From NCBI RefSeq assembly GCF_005696695.1, contig NZ_CP040006.1:480001-512000 (forward strand): DNA of 32,000 bases. The letters are read 5' to 3'. Numbering within the stretch: position 1 is the first letter of the stretch; each line of letters starts with the position of its first letter. Below are positions 1 through 7,263 of this stretch, piece after piece. The notes beneath the pieces are model-generated. The model searched no databases, was not told the origin of the DNA, and saw nothing but the letters and a program-made list of their open reading frames with translations. Source of the DNA: Schaalia odontolytica. Its GTDB lineage: Bacteria; Actinomycetota; Actinomycetes; Actinomycetales; Actinomycetaceae. Made by a program: the position numbers and the translations under genes.

Positions 1-1
1 G

Positions 2-637
2 TGGGGCGGCCTGTCGGCCAACGGCCAGAACGACATCATGCGTCTGGTGTCCTACACCTCGGTGTCGCACTTTGGCTTCATGGTCCTGGGCATCTTCATC
101 GGCTCGCAGATCGCTCTCGTCGGCGCCATGTTCTACATGGTCGCCCACGGCGTCTCGATCGCCGCGATGTTCCTGCTCTCCGGCTGGCTCTCGCGCCGCG
201 GTGGCACGCAGGACATGCGCGAGTACGTCGGCATGCAGCGCGTGACCCCGGTCCTCGCTGGCCTGTGGCTCGTGTCCGGCCTCGCGTCCATCGCGCTGCC
301 CGGCCTGTCCGGCTTCGTCCCCGAGTACCTCGTGCTCATGGGCACCTGGTCGGTCAGCGGTCCGCTGGCGCTATTCGCGGTCCTGGGCGTCGTCATCGCC
401 GCCCTCTACGTGCTCATGCCCTACCAGCGCGTCTTCACCGGTGCGCCCGGCAAGGGTAAGGAAGAGCTGACGGACCTGAACAGCCGTGAGCGCGGCGTCA
501 TGGTGCCGCTCGTGGCCGCGATGCTCATCCTTGGTATCTGGTCGGCGCCTCTCGTGAGCGCCCTGACCCCGGTTGCTTCAGACCTCGGCCTGCCCACCAC
601 GCAGGTCGGCGCCACCGCTGAAGGGAGCGCACAGTGA
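2..637 (+). CDS. nuoM: NADH-quinone oxidoreductase subunit M, C-terminal part (5' end outside window)
   Basis: The frame is open from the window edge (..QNDIMRLVSYTSVSHFGFMVLGIF..) to TGA 635-637. The product is a hydrophobic polytopic sequence with the conserved SxVSHxGF segment of NuoM/ND4-type antiporter-like subunits. The ATG at 38 in the track is internal. The stop overlaps the nuoN start (GTGA). Confidence 0.85.
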   Translation, partial: WGGLSANGQNDIMRLVSYTSVSHFGFMVLGIFIGSQIALVGAMFYMVAHGVSIAAMFLLSGWLSRRGGTQDMREYVGMQRVTPVLAGLWLVSGLASIALPGLSGFVPEYLVLMGTWSVSGPLALFAVLGVVIAALYVLMPYQRVFTGAPGKGKEELTDLNSRERGVMVPLVAAMLILGIWSAPLVSALTPVASDLGLPTTQVGATAEGSAQ

Positions 638-2202
638 ACGTTCTACCCATGGATAACTTCCAGGCCCCCGAGGTTCACTGGGTGAGCCTCGCGCCTATCC
701 TCATCGTGCTGGGCGGAGCGGTCCTCGGCGTCCTCGTCGAGGCCTTCGCCCCCGCGAAGGCTCGTCGCCCCCTCGTGATCGGCCTGTCGATCCTGGCGAC
801 CGCAGGTGCGTGCGTCATGCTCGCCCTGCGCTGGGTCCCCGTCCTGGAGACTCCGGTGACGCTGGGGGAGTACATGGAGGATCCGCTGACGGTCGCCGCT
901 CAGTCGGCCCTCGTCATTATCGGCTTCTTCGCCGTCCTCGTGATGGCCGACCGCACCTCCGTCGGTGACGGCGCGTTTGCCGGCCAGCCGTCGGATCGTC
1001 CGGACTCTGCCGCCGAGGAGCTGTCGGAGCGCAAGGGCTACCAGCGTTCCGAGATCTTCCCGCTGACCCTGTTCTCCCTGGGCGGCATGATGATCTTCCC
1101 CGCGGCGGACAACTTCGTGACCCTGTTCGTGGCCCTTGAGGTCATGTCGCTGCCCCTGTACATCATGGCTGCCACGGCCCGCCGTCGTCGCCAGCTGTCC
1201 TACGAGTCGGCCCTCAAGTACTTCGTGCTCGGCGCCTTCTCCTCGGGCTTCCTGCTCATGGGCTCCGCATTCCTCTTCGGCTTCTCCAACTCGCTGCGTA
1301 TCTCTGCGCTGGCCGAGGCCATCTCCACCCACACGAACATGGAGTGGATGGTCCTCGTGGGCGTCTTCTGCGTGATGGTCGGCCTGCTGTTCAAGGTGGG
1401 CGCAGCCCCCTTCCACGCGTGGACCCCCGACGTCTACACGGGCGCCCCGACCCCGGTGACGGGCTTCATGGCTGCCGCCGTGAAGATCGCGGCCTTCGCA
1501 GCGATGATCCGCTTCTACACGGTCGCAGCCGCCTACCTGCAGTGGGACTTCCTGTACATCTTCGCGGCCGTGGCGGTCCTGACGATCCTCGTCGGTACCT
1601 TCGCTGGCCTCGTGCAGGATGACGTCAAGCGCATGCTGGCCTACTCCTCGATCGCCCACGCGGGCTTCATCCTGATGGGGATCCTCGCGATGGAAAAGGG
1701 CGGTACGGGCCATGTGTTGTTCTACACGCTCGGTTACGGTCTGGCGACGGTCGGTGCCTTCGGCGTGGTCACGCTGGTGCGCGGCCGCGACGCGGACGGC
1801 AACGTCCTGGGTGAGGCGACGAGCCTGCGTAAGTGGGCGGGTATCGGCCGCACCAACCCGTGGCTCGCGGGCGCGATGCTGATCTTCCTGCTGTCGTTCG
1901 CGGGCATCCCGCTGACGGGCGGTTTCATTGGTAAGTTCGTGATTTTCTCCGACGCGATCAAGGGCGGCATCGGCTGGCTCGCGATCGTCGGCCTCGTGGC
2001 CTCGGCGATCACCGCGTTCTACTACTTCCGCCTCGTGCGCCTGATGTTCTTCACTGAGCCCAGTGAAGAGTCCGTCGTTGTGAAGTCGGAGGGCCTGTCC
2101 GCTCTGGCGATCGCCGTGTGCGCGATTGGGACGCTCGCCCTGGGCGTCTTCCCCGGTCCCGTGTTGAGTCTGCTCGAAAAGATCGTCATACTGATTCCGT
2201 GA
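634..2202 (+). CDS. nuoN: NADH-quinone oxidoreductase subunit N
   Basis: This 522-aa polytopic membrane ORF has NuoN/ND2-type segments (FKVGAAPFHAWTPDVYTGAPTPVTGFMA; AYSSIAHAGF). GTG 634 overlaps the nuoM stop. It sits at the last position of the nuo operon. Confidence 0.9.
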   Translation: MNVLPMDNFQAPEVHWVSLAPILIVLGGAVLGVLVEAFAPAKARRPLVIGLSILATAGACVMLALRWVPVLETPVTLGEYMEDPLTVAAQSALVIIGFFAVLVMADRTSVGDGAFAGQPSDRPDSAAEELSERKGYQRSEIFPLTLFSLGGMMIFPAADNFVTLFVALEVMSLPLYIMAATARRRRQLSYESALKYFVLGAFSSGFLLMGSAFLFGFSNSLRISALAEAISTHTNMEWMVLVGVFCVMVGLLFKVGAAPFHAWTPDVYTGAPTPVTGFMAAAVKIAAFAAMIRFYTVAAAYLQWDFLYIFAAVAVLTILVGTFAGLVQDDVKRMLAYSSIAHAGFILMGILAMEKGGTGHVLFYTLGYGLATVGAFGVVTLVRGRDADGNVLGEATSLRKWAGIGRTNPWLAGAMLIFLLSFAGIPLTGGFIGKFVIFSDAIKGGIGWLAIVGLVASAITAFYYFRLVRLMFFTEPSEESVVVKSEGLSALAIAVCAIGTLALGVFPGPVLSLLEKIVILIP

Positions 2203-3212
2203 GCGCTCAAACACCCGATCTTCATGTTCCCGACCTCGAGTCCCGCATTACCCCGGGGCTCGAGGTCGTCGAGCGTCGTCTCCTCGACGCCGTCTCTTCG
2301 TCTCGCGACCTGACGGACGAGCTGACTCGTCACCTCGCGGTCGCGGGCGGCAAGCGGATGCGTCCGCTGCTCACCCTCGTGTGCGCGCAGCTGGGCGAGC
2401 CCGAGCGCGCGCTCGACGAGCAGGTCATCACGGCCGCGACTGCGGTCGAGCTCACGCACCTGGCGTCCCTGTACCACGACGACGTCATGGATTCGGCGCC
2501 CACGCGTCGCGGTGTTCCCTCGGCTCAGCACCTGTGGGGCAACAACCGCGCGATTCTGGCCGGCGACATCCTGTTCGCCCGCGCGTCGCTGCTGGTTGCC
2601 TCGCTGGGGCCCGAGATGGTCGCGCACCACGCGCGCACGTTCGAGCGCCTGTGCGAGGGTCAGCTCAACGAGACTTTCGGTCCGACGGATGGCGCCGATC
2701 GCGTCGACTTCTACCTGCAGGTCCTGGCGGATAAGACGGGCTCGCTCGTGTCCACCGCCGCGTCCTTCGGCGCGCTCCTGTCGGGCGCCGGCAAGCTGAT
2801 GGCGGACGTGGTGAGCGACTTCGGTGAGAAGGTGGGCGTCGCCTTCCAGATCGCCGACGACGTGCTCGACCTGGCGTCCTCGGGCGAGCAGTCGGGTAAG
2901 ACGCCCGGCACCGATCTGCGCGAGGGCGTGGACACCCTGCCCGTCCTTCTCCTGCGTCGCCGCGAGGCGGCTGGCACGATCGACGAGGCCGGCGTGCGCA
3001 TCCTGCGTGAGCTGACGGGCGACCTGTCCTCGGACGAGGCCCTGGCCTCGGTCGTTGCGCAGCTGCGCAACCACGACGTGCTGGAGGAGACCCGCGAGCT
3101 CGCGCGCACCTGGGCGAACGACGCGGTCGCCGCGTTGGCGCCGCTGCCCAAGGGTGAGGCGAAGACCGCGCTGGAGGCGTTCGCGAACCTCATGGTGGAT
3201 CGCCTGGTCTGA
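2199..3212 (+). CDS. trans-polyprenyl diphosphate synthase (isoprenoid quinone side-chain type)
   Basis: It carries both aspartate-rich prenyltransferase motifs, LYHDDVMD..RRG and FQIADDVLD, plus GKRMRP near the N-terminus. I place the start at GTG 2199, which overlaps the nuoN stop (GTGA). The track start at 2118 lies inside nuoN. Confidence 0.85.
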   Translation: MSAQTPDLHVPDLESRITPGLEVVERRLLDAVSSSRDLTDELTRHLAVAGGKRMRPLLTLVCAQLGEPERALDEQVITAATAVELTHLASLYHDDVMDSAPTRRGVPSAQHLWGNNRAILAGDILFARASLLVASLGPEMVAHHARTFERLCEGQLNETFGPTDGADRVDFYLQVLADKTGSLVSTAASFGALLSGAGKLMADVVSDFGEKVGVAFQIADDVLDLASSGEQSGKTPGTDLREGVDTLPVLLLRRREAAGTIDEAGVRILRELTGDLSSDEALASVVAQLRNHDVLEETRELARTWANDAVAALAPLPKGEAKTALEAFANLMVDRLV

Positions 3213-3221
3213 TTGTCGATA

Positions 3222-3272
3222 ACGAGGCCGGGGCTCGGCTGCGCGAGATTGCGCGGCTGGCCCCGGCCTCGT
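3222..3272 (+). terminator. GC-rich hairpin after the nuo/polyprenyl synthase operon, member of a repeated hairpin family
   Basis: ACGAGGCCGGGGC (3222-3234) pairs perfectly with GCCCCGGCCTCGT (3260-3272). There is no clear U-tract. The same arm sequence recurs at 15611-15676. Confidence 0.5.
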
Positions 3273-3394
3273 CGTATGCCCGAGGCCTTGAGGTGTGTGA
3301 GGGGTCTCAGCTAAGGTTGCCCTTGGCAACGGCGCGCTAAACTTAGTGCCCAGGTGCGCGCACACGCGCGCGGTCACGAAGAAGGAGAAATCGG

Positions 3395-4906
3395 TTGGCA
3401 CCGCTCAACGTCGCCGTCATCGGCGCTGGTCCCGCTGGCATTTACGCGTCGGACATTCTGTCCAAGTCGGGACTCGAGGTGAATATCGACCTGTTTGAGC
3501 GTCTTCCCGCGCCCTACGGTCTCGTGCGCTACGGCGTCGCTCCGGATCACCCGCGTATCAAGCAGATCATTGTGGCGCTGTACAAGATCCTGCAGCGTGG
3601 CGACATCCGCCTGCTCGGCAATGTCGAGGTCGGCCGCGACGTGACGATCGACGACCTGCGTGACCACTACGACGCGATCATCATTGCGACGGGCGCGGAC
3701 CGTGATCACCCGCTCGACATTCCGGGCGTGGATCTGCCCGAGTCCTACGGCGCCGCCGACTTCGTGTCCTGGTATGACGGCAACCCGGACTACCCGCGTA
3801 CGTGGCCGCTGAAGGCCCGCGAGGTTGCGGTCCTGGGCGTCGGCAATGTGGCGCTGGACGTGGCTCGTGTCCTGGCCAAGCACGCCGAGGACATGCTCAA
3901 GACCGAGGTTCCGGCCAACGTGGCCGAGGCCCTGGCCGAGAACCCGATCACCGACGTGCACGTGTTCGGTCGTCGTGGCCCGGCCCAGGTGAAGTTCACG
4001 CCGCTGGAGCTGCGCGAGCTGGGCAAGGTGCCGGACGTGGATGTCATCGTCTCGGAAGAGGACTTCGACTTCGACGAGGGTTCGGAGGAGGCGCTGCGCG
4101 CGTCGAACCAGCAGCGTCAGGTCGTGAAGACGCTGACGAGCTACGCGATGGCGGATCCGGAGGAGCACACGGCCTCGCGTCGCATCCACATTCACCTGTT
4201 CCAGGCCCCGGTTGAGGTCGTCGCGGACGAGAACGGCCACGTGAAGGCTCTGCGCACGGAGCGCACCGCCCTGAACGGCGATGGCAGCGTGTCGGGCACG
4301 GGCGTCATCACGACGTGGCCCGTGCAGGCCGTGTACCGCGCGGTGGGTTACTACTCCTCGCCGATTCCGGGCCTGCCCTTCGACGAGCGTGCCGGCGTCG
4401 TGCCGAACGTTGAGGGCCGCGTCATCGAGGGTGACACCACGAAGGATGAGTCCGCCCCCGTTATCCCGGGCGTGTACGCGACGGGCTGGATCAAGCGCGG
4501 CCCCGTTGGCCTCATCGGCTCGACGAAGTCGGATGCCCAGCAGACGATCTCCCACCTCGTTGAGGACGCCTCCGAGGGCCGTCTGCACGCGAACACCGCC
4601 GAGGTGGGCCACGAGGCCATGGTGGCGCTCCTGGAGTCTCGTGGCGTCGAGTTCACGACGTGGGAGGGCTGGGAGCTCCTGGACGCCTACGAGCAGGCTC
4701 TGGGCGAGGCCTACGGCGAGCTTCCGGGCGGCCGCGGCACGCGTGAGCGCATCAAGGTCGTGTCGCGTCGCGCGATGACGGACATTTCGCGCGGAGCGCA
4801 GGTGGATCCGCAGGCGACGGATCTTATCGGCGAGATGGGCGAAATGGGCGTGCCGAGCGCCCCTGAGCGCTTCGATGACTACACGGGTCCGGGTCGCCGC
4901 AACTGA
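3395..4906 (+). CDS. fprA: FprA-like NADPH-ferredoxin (adrenodoxin-type) reductase
   Basis: The start is TTG 3395, preceded by GAAGGAG (3381-3387). The N-terminal dinucleotide fold reads NVAVIGAGPAGIYASD and a second Rossmann motif reads VAVLGVGNVALDVARVL. Overall layout matches mycobacterial FprA, with a C-terminal extension. Confidence 0.75.
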   Translation: MAPLNVAVIGAGPAGIYASDILSKSGLEVNIDLFERLPAPYGLVRYGVAPDHPRIKQIIVALYKILQRGDIRLLGNVEVGRDVTIDDLRDHYDAIIIATGADRDHPLDIPGVDLPESYGAADFVSWYDGNPDYPRTWPLKAREVAVLGVGNVALDVARVLAKHAEDMLKTEVPANVAEALAENPITDVHVFGRRGPAQVKFTPLELRELGKVPDVDVIVSEEDFDFDEGSEEALRASNQQRQVVKTLTSYAMADPEEHTASRRIHIHLFQAPVEVVADENGHVKALRTERTALNGDGSVSGTGVITTWPVQAVYRAVGYYSSPIPGLPFDERAGVVPNVEGRVIEGDTTKDESAPVIPGVYATGWIKRGPVGLIGSTKSDAQQTISHLVEDASEGRLHANTAEVGHEAMVALLESRGVEFTTWEGWELLDAYEQALGEAYGELPGGRGTRERIKVVSRRAMTDISRGAQVDPQATDLIGEMGEMGVPSAPERFDDYTGPGRRN

Positions 4907-4920
4907 GCGGCCCTAATCGT

Positions 4921-4957
4921 TACGAGGCCGTGGCCGGGTTTTCCGGTCGCGGCCTCG
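4921..4957 (+). terminator. hairpin after the fprA-like gene (variant of the repeated hairpin family)
   Basis: ACGAGGCCGTGGCCGG (4921-4936) pairs with CCGGTCGCGGCCTCGT (4942-4957), giving 16 pairs including 2 G-U. The loop is GTTTT. Confidence 0.5.
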
Positions 4958-5057
4958 TTGTGTGGGGCAGCGGGGCTGGGGCGCAGATGGGTGTTTCCCA
5001 TTGGAGCTTCGGCTGGTTCTCAGCAGCTTCCCAGGTAATCCCCATAGGATCGCCGGT

Positions 5058-5933
5058 ATGGTGCACCGCAACTATCACAACGGTCTGAAGACGACGCTCC
5101 TGCTGGGAGGCATGTGGGCGCTGCTGCTCGCCATTGGCGCGTTGGTTGCTTCGGGTACGGGGCGCATGGTGTGGATTGTTGTGTTTGCCGGCATTGGGCT
5201 CGTCCAGACCGCGTACTCGTACTGGAACTCAGCGACGATTGCACTGCGGTCCATGGGGGCGTACCGGGTGACCGAGGCGCAGTACCCGCAGCTGTACGCG
5301 ATTGTCCGTGAGCTGTCGGCGCGCGCGCAGCAGCCGATGCCGTCGATCTGGGTGGCGCCGTCCTTGACGCCGAATGCCTTTGCGACGGGGCGTAACCCGA
5401 ACAATGCGGCGGTGTGCTGCACGGAGGGCATCCTGGCTATTCTGAATGAGCGTGAGCTGCGCGGAGTGCTGGGGCACGAGCTGATGCATGTCTACAACCG
5501 CGACATCCTGACGACGTCTGTTGCTGCGGCGATGGGCGGTCTGATCACGTCGATCGCGCAGGGACTGCTCTTCTTCGGAGGGGGAAACCGTCGAGAGGGC
5601 GGGGGAGTGGGCTTCCTTGGCCTCCTTGCGATGAGCATCATGGCGCCTTTTGTGTCGATGCTTATCCAGTTCTCGCTGTCGCGTACGCGTGAGTTCGATG
5701 CTGACGAGGATGGCGCGATGCTCACGCAGGACCCGCTGGCACTGGCGTCGGCTCTGCGCAAGCTGGAGATCGCGACGGATCGCCGTCCGATGGAAGACAC
5801 CCCGCGCACGCGCAACGTGGCGGCGATGATGATTGCGAACCCGTTCCGCGGCCAGTCCCTCATGCGCATGTTTTCGACGCATCCGCCGATGGAGCAGCGC
5901 ATTGCGAGACTGGAGAAAATCGCAGGTTACTGA
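5058..5933 (+). CDS. htpX: zinc metalloprotease HtpX homolog
   Basis: It has an HEXXH motif (GHELMHVYNRD), N-terminal TM helices, and the typical HtpX N-terminus MVHRNYHNGLKTTLLLGGMW. A downstream metal-ligand region (EFDADEDGA) is also present. The start is ATG 5058, with AGGAT 8 nt upstream, rather than the track start at 4962. Confidence 0.9.
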   Translation: MVHRNYHNGLKTTLLLGGMWALLLAIGALVASGTGRMVWIVVFAGIGLVQTAYSYWNSATIALRSMGAYRVTEAQYPQLYAIVRELSARAQQPMPSIWVAPSLTPNAFATGRNPNNAAVCCTEGILAILNERELRGVLGHELMHVYNRDILTTSVAAAMGGLITSIAQGLLFFGGGNRREGGGVGFLGLLAMSIMAPFVSMLIQFSLSRTREFDADEDGAMLTQDPLALASALRKLEIATDRRPMEDTPRTRNVAAMMIANPFRGQSLMRMFSTHPPMEQRIARLEKIAGY

Positions 5934-5946
5934 GCCTCTTTCATAC

Positions 5947-5984
5947 GGGGGCGGGCGGCCGGTTCATTCCGGCCGCCCGCCCGC
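5947..5984. terminator. bidirectional hairpin between convergent htpX and the yajQ-family gene
   Basis: GGGCGGGCGGCCGG, a TTCATT loop, then CCGGCCGCCCGCCC form a perfect GC-rich stem of about 14 bp between two convergent stops. Confidence 0.6.
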
Positions 5985-5998
5985 ATATGACGCGTTGA

Positions 5999-6502
5999 TC
6001 AGCGGTAGTTGACGAACTGGAGGGCGACGTCCAGCTCCTCGCCCTTGGGGCCCTTGAGGAGGGCGATGACGGCCTGTAGGTCGTCGCGGGACTTTGAAGA
6101 AACGCGAAGTTCGTCACCCTGGATCTGTGCCTTGACGCCCTTGGGGCCTTCCTCGCGGATGAGCTTGGAGATTTTCTTCGCGGTGTCCTGCGGGATGCCT
6201 TCCTTGAGGGGGCAGACGAGCTTGAAGAGCTTGCCGGAGGCCTTGGGTTCGCGGTCCTTGTAGTCAAGAACCTTCAGCGACAGGCCACGGCGGATCAGCT
6301 TGGACTGCAGCACATCGAGGATTGCCATGACGCGGGAGGCGGAGTTCGCTTCCATTGCGATCGTGTCGCCGTTGAGTGAGATGGCGGCGTCGACGCCGCG
6401 GAAGTCGTAGCGGTTGGCGATCTCCTTGGCGGTCTGGTTGACGGCGTTGTCGACCTCCTGGCGGTCGAGTTTGGAGACAACGTCGAAGGAGGAGTCTGCC
6501 AT
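5999..6502 (-). CDS. yajQ: YajQ-family nucleotide-binding protein (UPF0234)
   Basis: The 167-aa product starts [36 protein letters not shown] and ends ..[10 protein letters not shown]. These are the characteristic YajQ-family termini, and the size fits. Confidence 0.9.
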   Translation of the reverse strand: MADSSFDVVSKLDRQEVDNAVNQTAKEIANRYDFRGVDAAISLNGDTIAMEANSASRVMAILDVLQSKLIRRGLSLKVLDYKDREPKASGKLFKLVCPLKEGIPQDTAKKISKLIREEGPKGVKAQIQGDELRVSSKSRDDLQAVIALLKGPKGEELDVALQFVNYR

Positions 6503-6600
6503 GGGTGCACCTTTCGTTGGAATTCAGCCAATCGTCGTTCCGATTGGCGCTCGGAACCATTTTAATGCTATTCTTTCACGGCACCGCGAGAGCGGCGCAC

Positions 6601-6685
6601 GGCAGGTTACCAAAGCGGCCAAATGGATCTGACTGTAAATCAGACGCTTCGTGCTTCGGGGGTTCGAATCCCTCACCTGCCACCA
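6601..6685 (+). tRNA. tRNA-Tyr (GTA), class II with long variable arm, CCA encoded
   Basis: Manual cloverleaf: acceptor GGCAGGT/ACCTGCC, D-loop AGCGGCCAAA, anticodon loop CTGTAAA, long variable arm, T-arm GGGGG-TTCGAAT-CCCTC. It closely parallels E. coli tyrT. Confidence 0.9.
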
Positions 6686-6776
6686 CTCGCTGGTTCCAGT
6701 GAGTAACGCCTGTGACGTCATTCTCAGGCTCCGGGATTGCTTCGGCACTCGGAGATGAGATAGGCTTTCCGGCGTT

Positions 6777-6849
6777 GCCCCGATAGCTCAGTAGGCAGAG
6801 CGTCTCCATGGTAAGGAGAAGGTCAAGGGTTCGATTCCCTTTCGGGGCT
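6777..6849 (+). tRNA. tRNA-Thr (GGT)
   Basis: Manual fold: acceptor GCCCCGA/TCGGGGC, D-arm TAGCTCAGTAGGCAGAGC, anticodon stem TCTCC/GGAGA with loop ATGGTAA, T-arm AAGGG-TTCGATT-CCCTT. Confidence 0.85.
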
Positions 6850-6876
6850 CCGGTCGCGGATTCATCCGCTTCCGGC

Positions 6877-6953
6877 GGCGGGGTAGCTCAGCTGGTCAGA
6901 GCGCACGACTCATAATCGTGAGGTCGCGGGTTCGAGCCCCGCCCCCGCTACCA
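6877..6953 (+). tRNA. tRNA-Met (CAT), elongator type, CCA encoded
   Basis: Manual fold: acceptor GGCGGGG/CCCCGCT (G-U at 1:72), D-arm TAGCTCAGCTGGTCAGAGC, anticodon loop with CAT, T-arm GCGGG-TTCGAGC-CCCGC. It lacks the three consecutive G-C pairs in the anticodon stem expected of an initiator. Confidence 0.85.
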
Positions 6954-7007
6954 ATTCTTTGATCCGACAGGTCGCGCGAGCGACGAAACTAAGCGAGGGA
7001 AACAACC

Positions 7008-7178
7008 GTGGCAAGCAAGTCCCAGGACGTTCGCCCCAAGATCACTCTGGCCTGCTCGGAGTGCAAGGAGCGCAACTACATCACCAAGAAGAACCGTCGT
7101 AACACGCCGGATCGTCTCGAGCTGGCGAAGTACTGCCCGCGCTGCCACAAGTCGACGGCGCACCGCGAGACCCGCTGA
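7008..7178 (+). CDS. rpmG: 50S ribosomal protein L33 (zinc-ribbon form)
   Basis: This gene is not in the ORF track (56 aa). My translation from GTG 7008 is [56 protein letters not shown], followed by stop TGA 7176-7178. The CxxC..CxxC pairs are intact. The position after tRNA-Thr/Met is the conserved actinobacterial arrangement. Confidence 0.9.
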   Translation: MASKSQDVRPKITLACSECKERNYITKKNRRNTPDRLELAKYCPRCHKSTAHRETR

Positions 7179-7195
7179 CGGCTTCCGTCTCAAAG

Positions 7196-7228
7196 CCCCG
7201 AGGAACTCTGGTTCCCCGGGGTTCTTTG
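7196..7228 (+). terminator. intrinsic terminator after rpmG
   Basis: CCCCGAGGAAC (7196-7206), a TCTG loop and GTTCCCCGGGG (7211-7221) form the stem with one mismatch. TTCTTTG follows. Confidence 0.65.
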
Positions 7229-7263
7229 TATCAGGGCAGGAGTGTCTCTGTTATCCTGGACAC

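Noticed and set aside
643-2214. Very long ORFs antisense to or overlapping well-supported genes. Examples are 643-2214(-), 2022-3401(-), 3374-4612(-), 7231-8925(-), 9094-10953(-), 11477-13792(-), 13852-14661(-), 14619-15566(-), 15683-17371(-), 18518-19612(-), 20994-21896(+), 21797-23293(+), 23597-24562(-), 24697-26481(-) and 30934-31986(-).
   Set aside because: Their translations are low-complexity Arg/Gly/Asp/His/Ala strings with no recognisable motifs. They lie opposite genes with clear family signatures. Stop-codon scarcity in GC-rich DNA produces such shadow ORFs.
4962-5057. Longer N-terminal extensions given by the ORF track: 4962 for htpX, 2118 for the prenyl synthase, 9157 for the SBP, 9320 for the GntR regulator, 10832 for the permease, 18584 for murB, 23182 for the aminotransferase, 23756 for nusG, 26190 for rplJ and 26933 for rplL.
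   Set aside because: The extensions overlap upstream genes or leaders, lack SD sequences and add non-conserved-looking residues. Internal starts with proper SD spacing or leaderless geometry reproduce the family-typical N-termini.
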